Part shown: positions 13,210 to 26,669 of the stretch, piece by piece
How the letters are laid out: each line of letters opens with the position of its first letter
How positions within the stretch are numbered: the first letter of the stretch is position 1
Made by a program: the position numbers and the translations under genes
The notes under the pieces: model-generated
Told to the model about the DNA's origin: nothing
The model's input: only the letters and a program-made list of their open reading frames with translations
The model's database searches: none
Source of the DNA: Mobula hypostoma
Lineage: Eukaryota
DNA: 64,000 nt
Direction: 5' to 3'
Assembly (NCBI RefSeq): GCF_963921235.1
Contig: NC_086097.1
Coordinates: forward strand, 6,572,001-6,636,000

Positions 13210-13444
13210 AATGTACTATATGTGCTGTGTGTGACTGTTGGTTCTGTGTTTTGCACCTCAGCCTTAGAAGGACTCTTTTATTTGGCTGTATTTATTTGTA
13301 CAGTTGACTGATAATTAAACTTAAACTTGAAACTTGTATTAGGAGGAGAATCTGGGGAATTTGGGTCCATATCCCTGGAGCAGAAGAGGATAAGATGGGT
13401 GATGAGGTGTATCGATAGGACAGACTGCAGGAAGCTTCTCCCTC

Positions 13445-14105
13445 AATGCAGAGAAACTTTACAGACATGTTGTCGGGACTTAATTATGTGAGTTATAGGA
13501 AAAAGTTGAACAAGTTAGGACTTTATTCCTTGGAGCATAGAAGAATGAGGGGAGATTTGACAAAGGTGTACAAAATTTTGAAGGGTATAGATAGAGTAAA
13601 TTCAAGCAAGCTTTTTCCACTGAGGTTCAGTGGGAATACAATAGTCATAGTCATACTTTATTGATCCCGGAGGAAATTGGTTTTCGTTACAGTTGCACCA
13701 TAAATAATTAAATAGTAATAGCACCATAAATAGTTAAATAGTAATATGTAAATTATGCCAGGAAATAAGTCCAGGACCAGCCTATTGGCTCAGGGTGTCT
13801 GACCCTCCAAGGGAGGAGTTGTAAAGTTTGATGGCCACAGGCGAGACACAATAAGACATCTTGGGTTAAGAGTGAAAGGTGAAATATTTAAGAGGAACAT
13901 AAGGGTGAACTTCTTCATGCAGAGGGATGGCGGGAGTGTGGAATGAGCTTCCAAGAGGTGGATGTGGGGTCAATTTCCACATTTAAGAGAAATTTGGATA
14001 GGTACGTGGATGGCTATGGTCCGGGTGTGGGTCAATGGGACTGGCAGGCTGAATGGTTCAGCACAGAGCTGATGGGCTGATGGTCCTGTTTCTGTGCTCT
14101 AGTGT
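13445..14105 (+). mobile_element. CR1 3' fragment interrupted by a Rex-type 3' end (13641-13842, -)
   Basis: LGLYSLEHRRMRGDL. The insert is near-identical to 50625-50820 and carries the (tatgac)n tail. Confidence 0.85.
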
Positions 14106-14457
14106 AGATTTCTAGGACTCCTATCAGTGATAGACAACACAAGAGGACATAGATTTAGATTATGGAGTAAGTGCTTTAGAGGGTACTTGAGGATCTTTTT
14201 CACCCAGAGAATGCACTGCTTCAGAATGAAGTGGATACAATGTCACTGACATCACTTAAAGAGGTGTCCAGACACTTTGATTCTCCTTGGCATAGAGGGT
14301 TACGTGCCATGTGCTGGAAGATGGGATTAATATGAGTGAATGTCCACTGATTGATGTATTGTGGGTTGAGTAATCTGTCTCTCTGCTACAAGACATAGGA
14401 GCTGAATAAGTCTATTCAGCCCATCAAGTCTGCTTTGCCATTTCATCATGGCTGATT

Positions 14458-15297
14458 TCAGAATCAGGTTTACTATCACCAACATGTGTCGCGAAATTTG
14501 TTAACTTAGCAGCAGCAGTACAATGTAATACCTGATAATATAGAAAGTAAAAATATAAGTACATCAATTGCAGTAAATATATATATAAAATAGATGAAAA
14601 ATAGTGCAAAAACAGAAATAATGTATATTTTTTAAAAAGTGAGGTAGTGTTCATGGGTTCAATGATCATTCAGGAATTGGATGGCAGAGGGAAGATGGAG
14701 ATAACTAATTTTACATATTTCTGTAGCTCCTTTTGGTCCTGTGCAGTACTGCGCCCTCCCCCCACCCCAATACCAGGCAGATGCAGCCAGTTAGAATGCA
14801 CTCCATGGTACATCTACAAAAGTTATCATGTATTTTAGGTGATAAACAAAATCCCTTCAAACTCCTAATGAAATATAGTTGCTGTCTTGCTTTTTTCACA
14901 ACTACATCGATATGTTAGGCCTAAGTTAGATCCTTGGAGATCTTGACACCCAGGAATTTGAAATTGATCACTCTCTCCACCTCTGATCCCTCTGAGGATT
15001 GGTATGCGTTCCCTTGTCTTCCCTTCCTGAAGACCACTATCAGCTCTTTTGTCTTACTGACGTTGAGTGCCAGGTTATTGCTGCGACACCACTCAACTAG
15101 TTAGCACATCTCACTCCTGTATGCTCTCCCATCTCCATCTGAGATTCTACCAACAATGGTTGTAACATCTACAAATTTATAGATGCCATTTGAGCTATAC
15201 CTAGCCACACAGTAATGGATGTAGAGAGAATAGAGCAGTGGGCTAAGCACACATCACTGAGATGCACCAGTGTTGATTATCGGTGAGGAGGAGCTGT
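14458..15297 (-). mobile_element. Rex1/Babar 3' fragment
   Basis: KKARQQLYFIRSLKGF...RCTMECILTGCI; tail aaacctgattctga. Confidence 0.85.
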
Positions 15298-15300
15298 TAA

Positions 15301-16700
15301 CTTAGGAGCAGAATTAGGCCATTTGGCCCATCAAGTGTGCTCCAAAATTTTATCATGGTTGATCTATTTTTCCTCTCAGCCCAGTCTCCTGCCTTCTCCC
15401 CATATCTTTTCATGTCCTGACCAATTAGCAACCTATCAACCTCTGCCTTAAATAGACATACAGACTAGGCCTCCACAGCTGCCTGTGGCAATGAATTCCA
15501 AAGATTCACCACTTCGTTGCTAAAGAAACTCCTCTTTATCTCTGTTTTAAAAGGATGCCCCTCTATTCTGAGGTGGTGTCCTCTGGTCTTAGGCACTCCC
15601 ACCATAGGAAACATCCTTTCCACATCCACTCTATCAGAGCCTTCACCATTCGATAGTTTTCAATTAGCTCACTCCTCATTATTCTGAATTCCAGTGAGTA
15701 CAGGCCCAAAGCCATCAAATGTTGTTCATCTGACAAGTCGTCCAAACCTGGAATCATTTGGTGAACCTCCTTTGAATCCTCTCCAGTTTCAGCACATCCT
15801 TTCTATGGTAGGGGGCCCAAAACTGCTCACAATACTCCAAGTGAGACCTCACCAGTGTTTTATAAAGTTTCAACATTACAGTACATCCTTGCTTTTATAT
15901 TCCCTTGAAGTGAATGCTAACGTTGCCTTTGCCTTCCTCACCACAGACTCAACCTGAAAGTTAACCTTTAGAGAATCCTGCACAAGGACTCCCAAGTCCC
16001 CTTGTGACAGTTTTTTTGTTTTCTCTCCATTTAGAAAACAGTCAATGATTTCATTTCTTCTTCCAAAGTGCTTGTCCATACACTTCCCAACATGGTATTT
16101 CATCTAGCATTTCTTTGCCCATTCCCCTAACCTGTCTTGGTCCTTCGGTAGCACCTCTACTTGCTCAAAACTGCCTGCCATCCACCTATCTTTGTATCAC
16201 CTGCAAACTTTGCAAAAAAGCCATCAATTTCAACATCTAAATTATTAACATAATGTAAAAAGAATCAGTCCTAACACAGGCCCCTGTGGAACACCACTAG
16301 TCACCGGCAGCCAAACAGAAAAGGCTGCCTTTATTCCCACTCTTTGCCTCCTGCCAATCAGCCACTGTTTTATTCATGCTAGAATCTTTCCTGTAAAACC
16401 ATGGGTTTGTAACTTGATAAGCAATTACATGTATGGCACTTTGTCAAAGGCCTTCTGAAAATCCAAGTACACAACATCCACCGAATCTCCTTTGTCTATC
16501 CTGCTTGTCCTTTTTTCAAAGAATTCCAACAGATTTGTCATGTAAGATTTTCCTTTGATGAAACCATGCTGACAACGGGCTATTTTATAATGTGCCTCCA
16601 AGTACCCTGAAACCTCATCCTTAACAATCAATTCCAACATCTTCCCAACCACTGAGGTCAGACTAACTCGCCTATAATTTTCTTTTCTTCTGCCTCTTCG
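15301..16700 (-). mobile_element. CR1 RT/3' fragment
   Basis: NYRRVSLTSVVGKMLE, QHGFIKGKS, VDVVYLDFQKAFDKVP. Confidence 0.9.
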
Positions 16701-16784
16701 GTCACATGAAAGTGTGACATCAGCATGGTTGCACAAGTTGAAATATAAAAGGCAGAATCATGGCCTGTTAAGTTTCAGCAAGCT

Positions 16785-16960
16785 TGCAGGTGCTCCAGCT
16801 TCCTCCCACAGACCAAAGATGTCCTGGTTTGTAGGGTAATTGGTCATTGTAAATTGTTCTGTGATTAGGCTAGGTGGGTTGCTGGGTGGTGAGGCTCAAT
16901 GGGCAGGGAAGGCCAGTTCTGTGCTGTATCTGCATTAAAAAATAAATAAAATAAAAATTT
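16785..16960 (+). mobile_element. V-SINE partial
   Basis: V-domain and (taaa)n tail. Confidence 0.7.
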
Positions 16961-17334
16961 GTTCACTCTTCAAATGCAAATTAGATGCACTTGAGATGAT
17001 AAAATCATTGACTTAGGCCGCCTCAGCTTTTGGTCATCACCTTGTGGATATGATTTAATCTAACTGCTGTCATTCCATGGGAATAATTTAATAGAATACA
17101 AAGAAGAAATTGTGCAATATGTATTAGCTTCTCTCTTGTACCCTCTGGTCTTCAGGGAAGGCTGCTCACTCTACGTATACAGTATAGTTGGCAGCTGAAC
17201 CGATATTACCAACCTGCACTTCCTCCAAGCTTTAAGTCACAACCAGTTTGCCAGTGAAGGACAGATTTTATAAATTTGTCCTCTTACAAGTTTCCATGCA
17301 AGAAATTCAATTCTAACCTTCTCATTAGTCAAAA

Positions 17335-17945
17335 ATGAACAGCAGCACACTAACTTTTGAGGAAGTTGAAGCGTGCAAGGCTTCCCACCCCCATTCTAAC
17401 AACTCTCTACAGGAGCTCCATCAATAGTGTCCTGTCTGGCTGATTCTGTATGGTAAGAAACTGCAAAGCTTCAGACCTCAAGACCCTACAGAGGACGGTA
17501 AAAACTGGTGAAAGGTTCACTAGGGTCTCCCTCCCCTCTCTTTGTGATACTTACTGGGAGTGTTGTACATGAAAGACCCAAAGCATTGTTGAGGATCCCT
17601 ACCACCCATCCCACAACATCTTTGAACCACTGTTGCAAGGAAGGAGGTACAGGAGCATCAGGGCTAAGGCTGGGTAACAGCTTCTTCACTCAGGGTGTGA
17701 GGCTAATGAATACCCTGCCACCACCGTGTTCTCGTCACTATGTCAGCAAGCTGCTTACTGCTTAGCTTTGCTATGCACGACATACAATTTGAATTATACT
17801 TTATTAACTTATTTGTGGTGATATTTTAGTTTATGCCCTGTGTGTGTGATATATGTTTTGTGGGTGCACCGCGTTCTGGAGGAATACTTGGTTGAATATA
17901 TACCCTCTGTACAGTTAAATAACAATAAACTTGAACTTGAATTTG
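17335..17945 (+). mobile_element. Rex1/Babar 3' fragment
   Basis: RLGNSFFTQGVRLMN; tail aataaacttgaacttga. Confidence 0.8.
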
Positions 17946-18359
17946 AGATTCTGGTTGGTGGGACTAATTAGGACTTCTGTCTTTTAAAACTATAAGACAG
18001 GCAACCCTTCAACTTTCATTACGCTCCATGTTGAAAATCTTCCACTGTTCAAGACTCAAGTGAGAGTTTGAATTCATGAACTCGAATCTCAAATAGTAAC
18101 AAAAGAAAATGTTCAGGCCTGAGCAGGACCAGCTTTAGAGAAACATGATACTTGTAGTCTGCTTAATTGCCTCAAATAATATCTCTCCTTGTCTACATTT
18201 TTAAAAAGGAACTTATTGGATTAATTGAGAGTCTGTCTTCTGGCAACGTAATTCTCCACCTTGCCTTGTCAAGAAATGCAGTTTGATGAATGCTGTCATA
18301 GTGGAATAAAATCCAGATATGGAGCAACTTGTCTACCCTACAATGTGGGGTCTCTAACA

Positions 18360-18893
18360 CACCATTTTAATACCTACCCCCATCCCTGTTCTGATATGTC
18401 AGCCCATGGCCTCCTCTTTTGCCACAATGAGGCCACACTCAGAGTGGAGAAGAAACGCCTCATATTCCACCTAAGTAGCCACAAACCTGATAGCATGAAC
18501 ATCAATTTCTCCTTCCAATAATTTTTCCCCTCCCGCTTCGCTCTTCTTCCACTTTCCCCTCTGGCCTCCTAACTCTTCTCATCTGCCTATCATCTCCCAC
18601 AGTGCCTCTCCTTCTTCCCTTTCTCGCATGGCCCACTCTACTCTCCATTCAGATTCCTTCTTCTCCGTCCCTTTACCGTTCCCACCCACCAGGCTTCACC
18701 TATCACTTTCTAGTCTGTCCTCCTCTTCCCGCCACCATTTTTTATTCTGGCATATTCCTCTTCCTTTCCAGTCCTGATAAAGTGTCTCGGTGTGAAACAT
18801 CAACTGTTCATTCATTTCCATAGATACTGCCTAACCTGCTGAGTTCCTCCAGCACTGTGTGTTGCTGTGGATTTCCAGCATCTGCAGAATCTT
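18360..18893 (+). mobile_element. Penelope-like element 3' end (GIY-YIG C-terminus + pseudo-LTR)
   Basis: HFNTYPHPCSDMSAHGLLFC...EKKRLIFHLSSHKPDSMNINF, then a pyrimidine-rich UTR and a decayed hammerhead at 18769-18806. Confidence 0.8.
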
Positions 18894-19430
18894 TTATAAT
18901 TGTATGAGTAAAATAATAGTTATCCACATGGCCTCCTTGACACCCTACAGCTGCTGTCAATAAAACATTGTAAGTACCTCCAACTTATAATTCATTACAT
19001 CAAACCGTGTCTTGAACAATAGAAGCTTTTTTTCCACTGTTATAGAATAGTTTTGTACAGCCTGAGAATCTGTGTTGGATCCACTGCTTAACTGCCATCA
19101 CAAAGAAGGCAACAGCAGAACCTCTACTTTCTCAGAAGTTTGCAAAGATTTGGCATAGAGTTATAGAGAAGTACGGCACAGAAACAGGCCCTTCAGTCCA
19201 TCTAGTCCATGACAAAAGCTGCCTATACCCGTTGACCTGCAAGGAGACCATAGTCCTCCATATCCCTTCTACCCATGTACCTATCCAAACATTTCTTAAA
19301 TGTTGAAATCGAGCTTGCATGCACCACTTGCACTGACAGCTCATACCACACTTTCACGACTCTGAGTAAAGAAGAGAGCCTCATGTTCATCTTAAACTTC
19401 TCACCTTTCACCCTTAACCCTGACTTCTGC

Positions 19431-20944
19431 TCTCTAAGATTGGTAGACAAGACCTTAATCCTATTGTTAAACATACATTAAGAATTTGGTTTCAGTTTCG
19501 CAGATTTTTTGAATTAAATAATTTTGTCCTTTCTAGTAAAATATATCATAACTATTTTTTTAACCATCAATTTTAGATCAGGCTTTTTAAATTTGGAAAA
19601 CCAAAGGAATAACTTTTTCGGATTTATTTATAGGGGATTGTTTAATGTCTTTTACTCAGCTAGCGGATAAATTTGATTTATCCAATGTACACATTTCTAG
19701 ATATTTACAAATTAGGAATTTTTTACGTACTTTGCTTCCAAATTACCTCTCTGCTTATCCATCTAATATAATAGATGCCCTCTTCCAGGCTAAGCCACTG
19801 CAAAAAGAATTAATAACTACAATTTATAAATGGTTATTGAATTTATGAATGATATCTGACAATAAAATTAAAGCTGCCTGCGAATTGGAATTTCAAGAGT
19901 TACTTTCAGATAAATCAAAGGAGTAAAATTTTTCATCTGGTAAATACCTTGTCTATTTGTGCCTGTCATTCCTTGATACAGTTCAGGGTAGTGCATCGGG
20001 CACATATGTCAAAAGATAAATTAGCCCAAATTTTTCCCAATATTAATCCTATTTGTGATAGATATAAACCTTAGGTGGCCACTTTAACTCACATGTTTTG
20101 GTCTTGCATAAAGTTAGAGAATTTTTGGAAAGGTGATTTTAAAATCTTATCAAAAGTGCTGTATCTGGATTTACAACCAAATTTATTTACAGCTATTTTT
20201 GGGAGTATTCCATTGGAAGCAGGATATACTCCTGCTTCCGCTCAGCAGATAATAGCCTTTTCAACCTTATTGGCTAGGAAAACCATTTTACTTAAATAGG
20301 AGGACCCTAACCCTCTTACCACCTTTTATTGGCTTTTCTCTATCATGTCCTGTTTAAGTCAACAGAAAATAAGAAGTTAGACGTTGGATACTTCCTTTAA
20401 ATTATACTTTATACTTTACTTTATTGTCGCCAAACAATTGATGCTAGAACGTTCAATCATCACAGCGATATTTGATTCTGCGCTTTGCGCTCAAATTTGA
20501 AGAAATCTGGTGATCTTTTATTCAATATTTTCATATGATCTGATTTTTGTACTGATTCTTTTCCAGCTACTTTTTCATAACCTTGGATTTGATCAGACAG
20601 TCTCTCTTCTCTTGGTTTTTTCTCTCAGGATGGACTGCCCAGTCCTTTTTTTTCTGTTTAGAACAGTGTTTTTTTCCCCTTTTTTATATAAAAATTTCTA
20701 ATAGTCCTTCCTTTCCTCATAAATTGATAAGAGGAGAATGAATTACATTCTTTTTTTCTGTATTATGCAGTCTATATCAAATTTATTATTTGTAGATCAA
20801 CACTATATGTGATTCTGATATTGTTTATTTTATCTTCTCTATGTACTGTTATTGACATATATAAGAGATATTCTCCTCCTGTTTGTATACACACTTTTTA
20901 AAAAATCAATAAAAAGATTGAAAAAAGGAAGAAAGAAAGAAAAA
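19431..20944 (+). mobile_element. L1-clade LINE 3' fragment
   Basis: Cysteine-rich C-terminus CDR...TLTHMFWSC, AT-rich, AATAAA plus A-rich tail 20908-20944. A Rex tail is inserted at 20403-20492 (-). Confidence 0.85.
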
Positions 20945-22859
20945 GCCTGCTTGCATTTATCCTATCTATACCCCTCATGACTTTATATAGCATTATATAG
21001 CATTATCAAATCTCAATCTTCTACATTCTAAAGAATACAGTCCTAACCTACTCACTTTTTCCTCATAATTCAGGTCCTCCAGACGCAGCAACATCTTTGT
21101 AAATTTTCTCTGCTCTCTTTCAAACTTGTTTACTTCTTTCCTATAGGTAGGTGACCGAAACTGCACACAATACTCTACTTTAGACCTCAGCAACATCTTA
21201 TACATTTTCCAACATAACATTCCATCCTGTGTACTCAATACATTGATTTATGAAGGCCAATGTGCCAGAAGCTCTCTTTACGATGCTGTGTTCTGGTGAT
21301 ACCATTTTTGTCTCTGTATACACAAATCCCTTTGTTCTACCGCACTCCTCAGTGCGCTACTGTTCACCGTGTAAGACCTACCCTGGTTGTTCCCACCGAA
21401 GTGCAAAACCTTGTACTTGTCTGCAATAAATTCTATCTGCTATTTTTCATATCATTTTTCCAGCTGATGCAGATCCCTCTGCAAGCCATGATAGCCTTCC
21501 ACACTGTCCACTACACCCCAATCTTTCAGTCATCCACAAATTTGCTGATCCAGTTAACCACATTATCATCCTCATCATTGATACAGATGACAAACAACAA
21601 AGGACCCAGTACTGATCCCTGTAGCACACCACAAGTCACAGATCTCCAGTGAGAGAGGCAACCCTCTATTAACACTCTCTGGCTTCTCCCACAAAACCAA
21701 TATCCAGTCCAATTTACCATCTCATCCTGAATGCCATCAACCAAACCTTCTTGACCAACTTCCCATGCGGGATTTTGTCAAAGGTCTTGCTAAAGTCCGT
21801 GTCGACAACACCCACTGCCTTGCTTTCATCCACTCTCCCGGTAACTTCCTCAAAAAACTCTATAAGATTGTTCAGACATGATCCACCATGCAGGAAGCCA
21901 TGCTAACTATCCTTAATCAGTCCATATCTAACCAAATACTTATATATCCTGTCCCTTAGAATATCGTCCAGTAACTTTACCACAACTGATGTCAGACTCA
22001 TCGGCCTATAATTTCCTGTTTTCTGTTTAAAGACATTTTAAAACAGAGGATAAACATTGTCTATCCTCTAATCCACTGGTACCTCTCCTTTCGCTAAGAA
22101 TGTTTTAAGTATCTCTGCTCGGGCTCCAACAATTTCTGCACTTGCACTTGTCTGAGGGAATACCTTGTCAGGCCCTAGGGATTTATCCACCCTGCTTTGC
22201 CCTTTAACTTGGCACTTAACTCCCTAAGCTCCCTATGCAGAACCTTCTCATTCACCCTATCTATGTCATTAGTATCTACCTGTACCATGACCTCTGGCTG
22301 TTCACCTTCCCATTTCAGAATACTGAGAATTCGATCGGAGATATCTCAGACCCTGGTGCCTGGTAGGCAACGTACCACCTGGGAATCTTGTTCACAGAAC
22401 CTCCTGTCCGTTCCCCTAGCTAACGAATCACGAGAGCATACCTCTTCTCCCCCTTCCCTTCTGAGTCACAGAGCCAGAGACCTGACCCCTGTGACCTTCC
22501 TCTACCAGGACATTCCCTCTCCCAACACTATCCAAAGTGATATACCTGTTGTTGAGGGGGATAGCCACAGAATTATTTTGCATTGGCTCCTTAACCTCTT
22601 TCCCCTTCCCGGCTGTCACCCACTTTCCTGTGTCCTTCACCTTGGAGGTAACTACCCCTCTAGATGTCATACCTATCACCCATTCAGCCTCCAGAATGAT
22701 CCGGAAGTCATCCAGATCCAACTCCAATTCTTTAATGTGGTTTGTTGGAGGCTGCAGCTGGATGCACTTTTCCCAGTTGTGGCTGTCAAGGACACGCCTT
22801 CCCAAATCCCACGTTCAGCTATTTTGCCTGGCAACTCTATTGTTCTAACTGAGCAGATA

Positions 22860-23640
22860 TCAAAGGTTTCAGAGGTATATTTAATGTCAGAGAAATGTAT
22901 ACAATATACATCCTCAAATGTTTTTTCTTTGCAACCATCCACAAAAACAGATGAGTGCTCCTAAAGAATGAATGACAGTTAAATGTTAGAACCCCAAAGT
23001 CCCCCCCAGCTCCCTCCTTCACATAAGCGGCAGCAAGCAATAATCCCCCCTATCCCCACTGGCAAAAAAAAAGCATTGGCACCTGCCACTGAGCACTTAA
23101 GTGTGAGAAAAGCAACAGCAAAGACATGGACTTGCCATACTCCAAAGATTACCTGTTCACCCGGTATTTAACATACCACAGGCTCTCTCTCCCCCTAATA
23201 ATGGAAAGGGGTGTCTCCGTTTCACAGCGAGAGGGGAGATATTACAAACAACTTGCTGATTTATGATGTTAAAAGTCCATTGTGTCGCTTTTTCCGAGCT
23301 CTGTGCCCAAAAATCTCGGGTCTCTTGGCACACAGCCTTAGATCTTCCATCTCCCATGATACACTGATCTCCTGCCCGGACACCAACCTTTGATCCACTC
23401 GTCTCCAGAGTCACAACATCTCAGCCTCTGAAAGCGAGCTGAGCTCTTAGGCTGAGCCTTTGGCCTGCCAAATAACGGCCAGTCGTGAAACCTTGAGAAC
23501 GCATCCCATTCCCACAAAGAACCGTAGTCAGCGTGTAACTTGAGGGTCAGAGTCTTCAAAAGAACCCTGAAAGGGAAAAATAGAGATAAAGATGGAAATA
23601 GAGCTGTTTCTGAAGATGCAAGTAAAGGAGTTGCTGTTAG
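22860..23640 (-). mobile_element. about 750-bp non-coding retroposon, second copy
   Basis: Reverse-complement similarity to 11330-12068. Confidence 0.7.
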
Positions 23641-24504
23641 GCACCATTAATCCTTCTAAACTCCTCAAACTTTTCAAACTTCTGATGTTCGGATTGGTCG
23701 CTGGTCAATGCTCGATTACACAGCCACGATCCACTGATACCTTTTTTCTCCTCAGCAGATATAAAGAGGGAAGTAAAACAAAACTTAACCTGCAGCTTTT
23801 TTTTGCTTTCTCTGACTGAAGCCAAGAAGAGCTATAGCCTCAAGATCACCACTCTGACTCTGTCCACTCAGATGATGGCCACTGTGCTTGCCCCATCTTC
23901 CTTTATTTTGCTTTTGCTAATCAATCCCAAGCGTGGATTAGTCAGTTGTCAAAACTCAATTATGTTGCCGCGATTCGCTGCTTCTTTTTCCTACTCGAGC
24001 AGCGGACCTAAGTGAAATCGTGTCCTCTCAAACTTCTGAGGTCTGGATTGGTCGCTGGTCAATGTTCAATTACGCAGCCACAATCTACTGGTGCATTTGG
24101 CCAATCAGCAGTGGACCTGAGTGAAGTCCCCTTCTCTCAAACTTATGAAGTCCGGATTGGTCACTGGTCAAAGCTCTATTTCCATGTCACCTAAAACTGT
24201 GACAAACCTCTTTAGGTGCACGGTTGAGAGGATACTGAGTCGGGGCATCATGTTATGGTATGGAAACACCAATGCTCTTGAATGGAAAAGGCTACAAAAA
24301 GTAGCGGATGTGGCCCAGTCCGTCAAGGGTAATGGGCTCCCTACCATTGAGCGCATCTACACAGAGTGCTGTTGCAGGAAAACAACATCCATCATCAAAA
24401 AGCCCTTCCCCCACCCCCACCACCATTCAGACCATGTTCTCTTCTCACTGCTGCCATTAGGAAGAAGGTACAGGAGTCTCAGGACCCACATCACCAGACT
24501 GTGG

Positions 24505-24965
24505 AGCAGGAGACAGAAAAGGAATGTAAAAAAGTTAATGCTACGATCGTCATGGGGGATTTGAATATGGAGGTATATTTGGAAAATCAGGTTAGTGCTG
24601 GAGCCCAAGGGATAGAGTAAGTGTAATGCCTTTGAGATGACTTTTTAGAGCAGTTTGTGGTTGAGCCCGCTCAGTGAAAGGCTACTCTGGACTGGTGTTA
24701 CGTAATGAACCAGATTTGATTAGGGAGCTTAAGGTAAAGGAACCCTTGGGAGATAGTGATCAGAATATGATAGAATTCACCCTACAGTTTGAGAGGGACC
24801 CTAGATAAAGTCAGGTGTATCAATATTGTAGTGGAGTAAAGGGAATTATGAAGGCATGAGAGAGGAGCTGGCCAATGTTGATTGAAAGGAAACATTAGCA
24901 GGGATGTTGGCAGCACAGTAATGGCTGGAGTTTTGGGAGCATTTTTGAAGGTGCATGGTAGATAC
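24505..24965 (+). mobile_element. CR1 endonuclease fragment
   Basis: IVMGDLN, LDW.L.NEP, PLGDSD motifs, decayed. Confidence 0.8.
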
Positions 24966-25089
24966 TTGTGATTAATGATAAATATTCAACCTTTCCACTC
25001 ATGGATGAACTGAAATCATTCCAAAAATACTCTTTGTTTCAGTCAGAGTTAAAGCAAAGCATTCACAAGAGAATATTATATAATTGGAG

Positions 25090-25395
25090 TGTCACGGTAG
25101 TGTGGCAATTAGCGTGACGTTATTACAGTTCAGGGCATTGGAGTTCGGAGTTCAATTCCAGTGTCCTCTGGAAGGAAGTTTGTACGTTCTTCCCTTGTGC
25201 GTGCGGTTTTTCTCCTGGTGCTCTAGTTTCCTCCCACAGTCCGAAGATGTATGATTAGTGGATTAATTGGTAATTGTAAATTGTCCTCATTAGGTTAGGA
25301 TTAAATAGGTGGGTTGCTGGGCAGTATGGCCCTTTCCCAAAAGGGCCTATTCCATGCTGTATCTCCAAATCAATAACAAATAAATAAATAAATAG
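25090..25395 (+). mobile_element. V-SINE, near full length
   Basis: gtcacggtagtgtggc A-box, ggagttcaattcc B-box, V-domain, (taaa)n tail. Confidence 0.85.
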
Positions 25396-25774
25396 CTTTC
25401 CTCTATCTCTAAATATAAATAAAATGAAAGTAGGGACAATTGTCTATAAAATGGATTTGTTAGTGTAATTACTGGCATAGACTGATTGGGCAGAATATCT
25501 TGTTTCTGTACGACACACACTATCTAATCCTGTGCAGGTAATCTTTATCATCATTGTGATTCATCTGTAATCAATTTAGAGAGGCCAGGTGAAACAAAAA
25601 AAAAGCCCTCATTTTATGCTTTGCAGACAATCTGCACTGATTATAATGTGTCGGTGAAATCTTTTTGCTGAAATGGTTTGGTACAACTGTTCAGAGTGGC
25701 ATGGAGCTTACCCTGAATGACTGAAAATTATGTTGCAAAGGGAGACCATTTGTCTTACTTATTTTTATTTTTTA

Positions 25775-26030
25775 AAATTTATTTTGAAATACAGCTTGGA
25801 ACAGGCCCTTCTGGCCCAACCCACCTATTTAATCCTAACAGAGTCACAGGACAATTTAATATCCAATTAACCTACTAACTGGTATGCTTTTGGACTGTGG
25901 GAGGAAACCAGAGCATCGAGAGGAAATCTACGCACTCACATGAAGAATATACAAACTCCTTACAGATGGCACTGGAATTGAACTCCGAACGTTGAAGCCT
26001 TGACCTGTACTACGCTATTGTAGTGTCTAA
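25775..26030 (-). mobile_element. V-SINE
   Basis: Reverse complement of the same family (tttggactgtgggaggaaacc). Confidence 0.8.
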
Positions 26031-26369
26031 TATTGCATCAATACAAACTAAAAGAGACTAATCCCATCTCCCAGCATTAGATCTGCTGCGCTGCACATCA
26101 GTTCTCCAAGAATGCATCCAAGCGCAGCTTAAATGACAGCTCTACTGCAGCTGATATGATTTATCAAGATCTCTCTCAGTAAAATGTGACATGCACTCTG
26201 CCTTAAGGAACCTCCAGTGCTACTGCAGAGAGTTCAGTTGCTGGAAACTGTTCATGGCTTTGTATGCTTATACAAAGAAGAGAAGAGCTCCCAGTTGTCT
26301 GCTCAAGTGTTCATAACTGTTTCAAGAATTTTCTGACTTATTTTTGATGCTCATAACCAAGATCATCCA

Positions 26370-26650
26370 ATGGTCTTCCATCGGTCTCTTAAACTTAAAC
26401 AATCTCCCTCAAAAGAGAATTGTCACATCAGCTTTTCTGAACTACGCCCCTAAACTATGGAGCTCCATACCTGAAACTATAAGGGATGCAGACTCAGTTG
26501 ACAATTTTAAACATCAGCTCAAAACCTATTTATTTAACCTTGTTTTTAACTAACATCATTTTGTCTTTTATTTTCATGTTTGCACTTTATCCCATTGTAA
26601 ATCACTTTGCACTGCATCATCTGTATGAAAAGTGCTTTGTAAATAAGTTA
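26370..26650 (+). mobile_element. L2 LINE 3' end
   Basis: AFLNYAPKLWSSIPETIRDADSVDNFKHQLKTYLF and L2-type tail tgtaaatcactttg...aagtgctttgtaaata. Confidence 0.8.
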
Positions 26651-26669
26651 AGGTAAGATAGCCGTGTGT

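Larger units (their letters stand above)
19157..24182 (-). mobile_element. Near full-span CR1 with internal deletions (5'UTR, ORF1 remnant, RT, tail)
   Basis: Tail 19157-19430; RT 20945-22200 (GVLQGSVLGPLLF, SKFVDD); ORF1 remnant EKCIQLQ...KELELDLDDFRII at 22428..22805; repeated 5'UTR-like units 23670-24175. Confidence 0.8.
19075..24500 (+). mobile_element. Rex1/Babar fragment split into 19075-19156 and 24183-24500
   Basis: LYFLRSLQRFG|MSPKTVTNLFRCTVERIL rejoins across the CR1 insertion; 'cat' is present at both junctions. Confidence 0.8.

Noticed and set aside
22197..22964. 255-aa ORF as a novel gene
   Set aside because: Antisense to CR1 ORF1 remnant and crosses a repeat junction.
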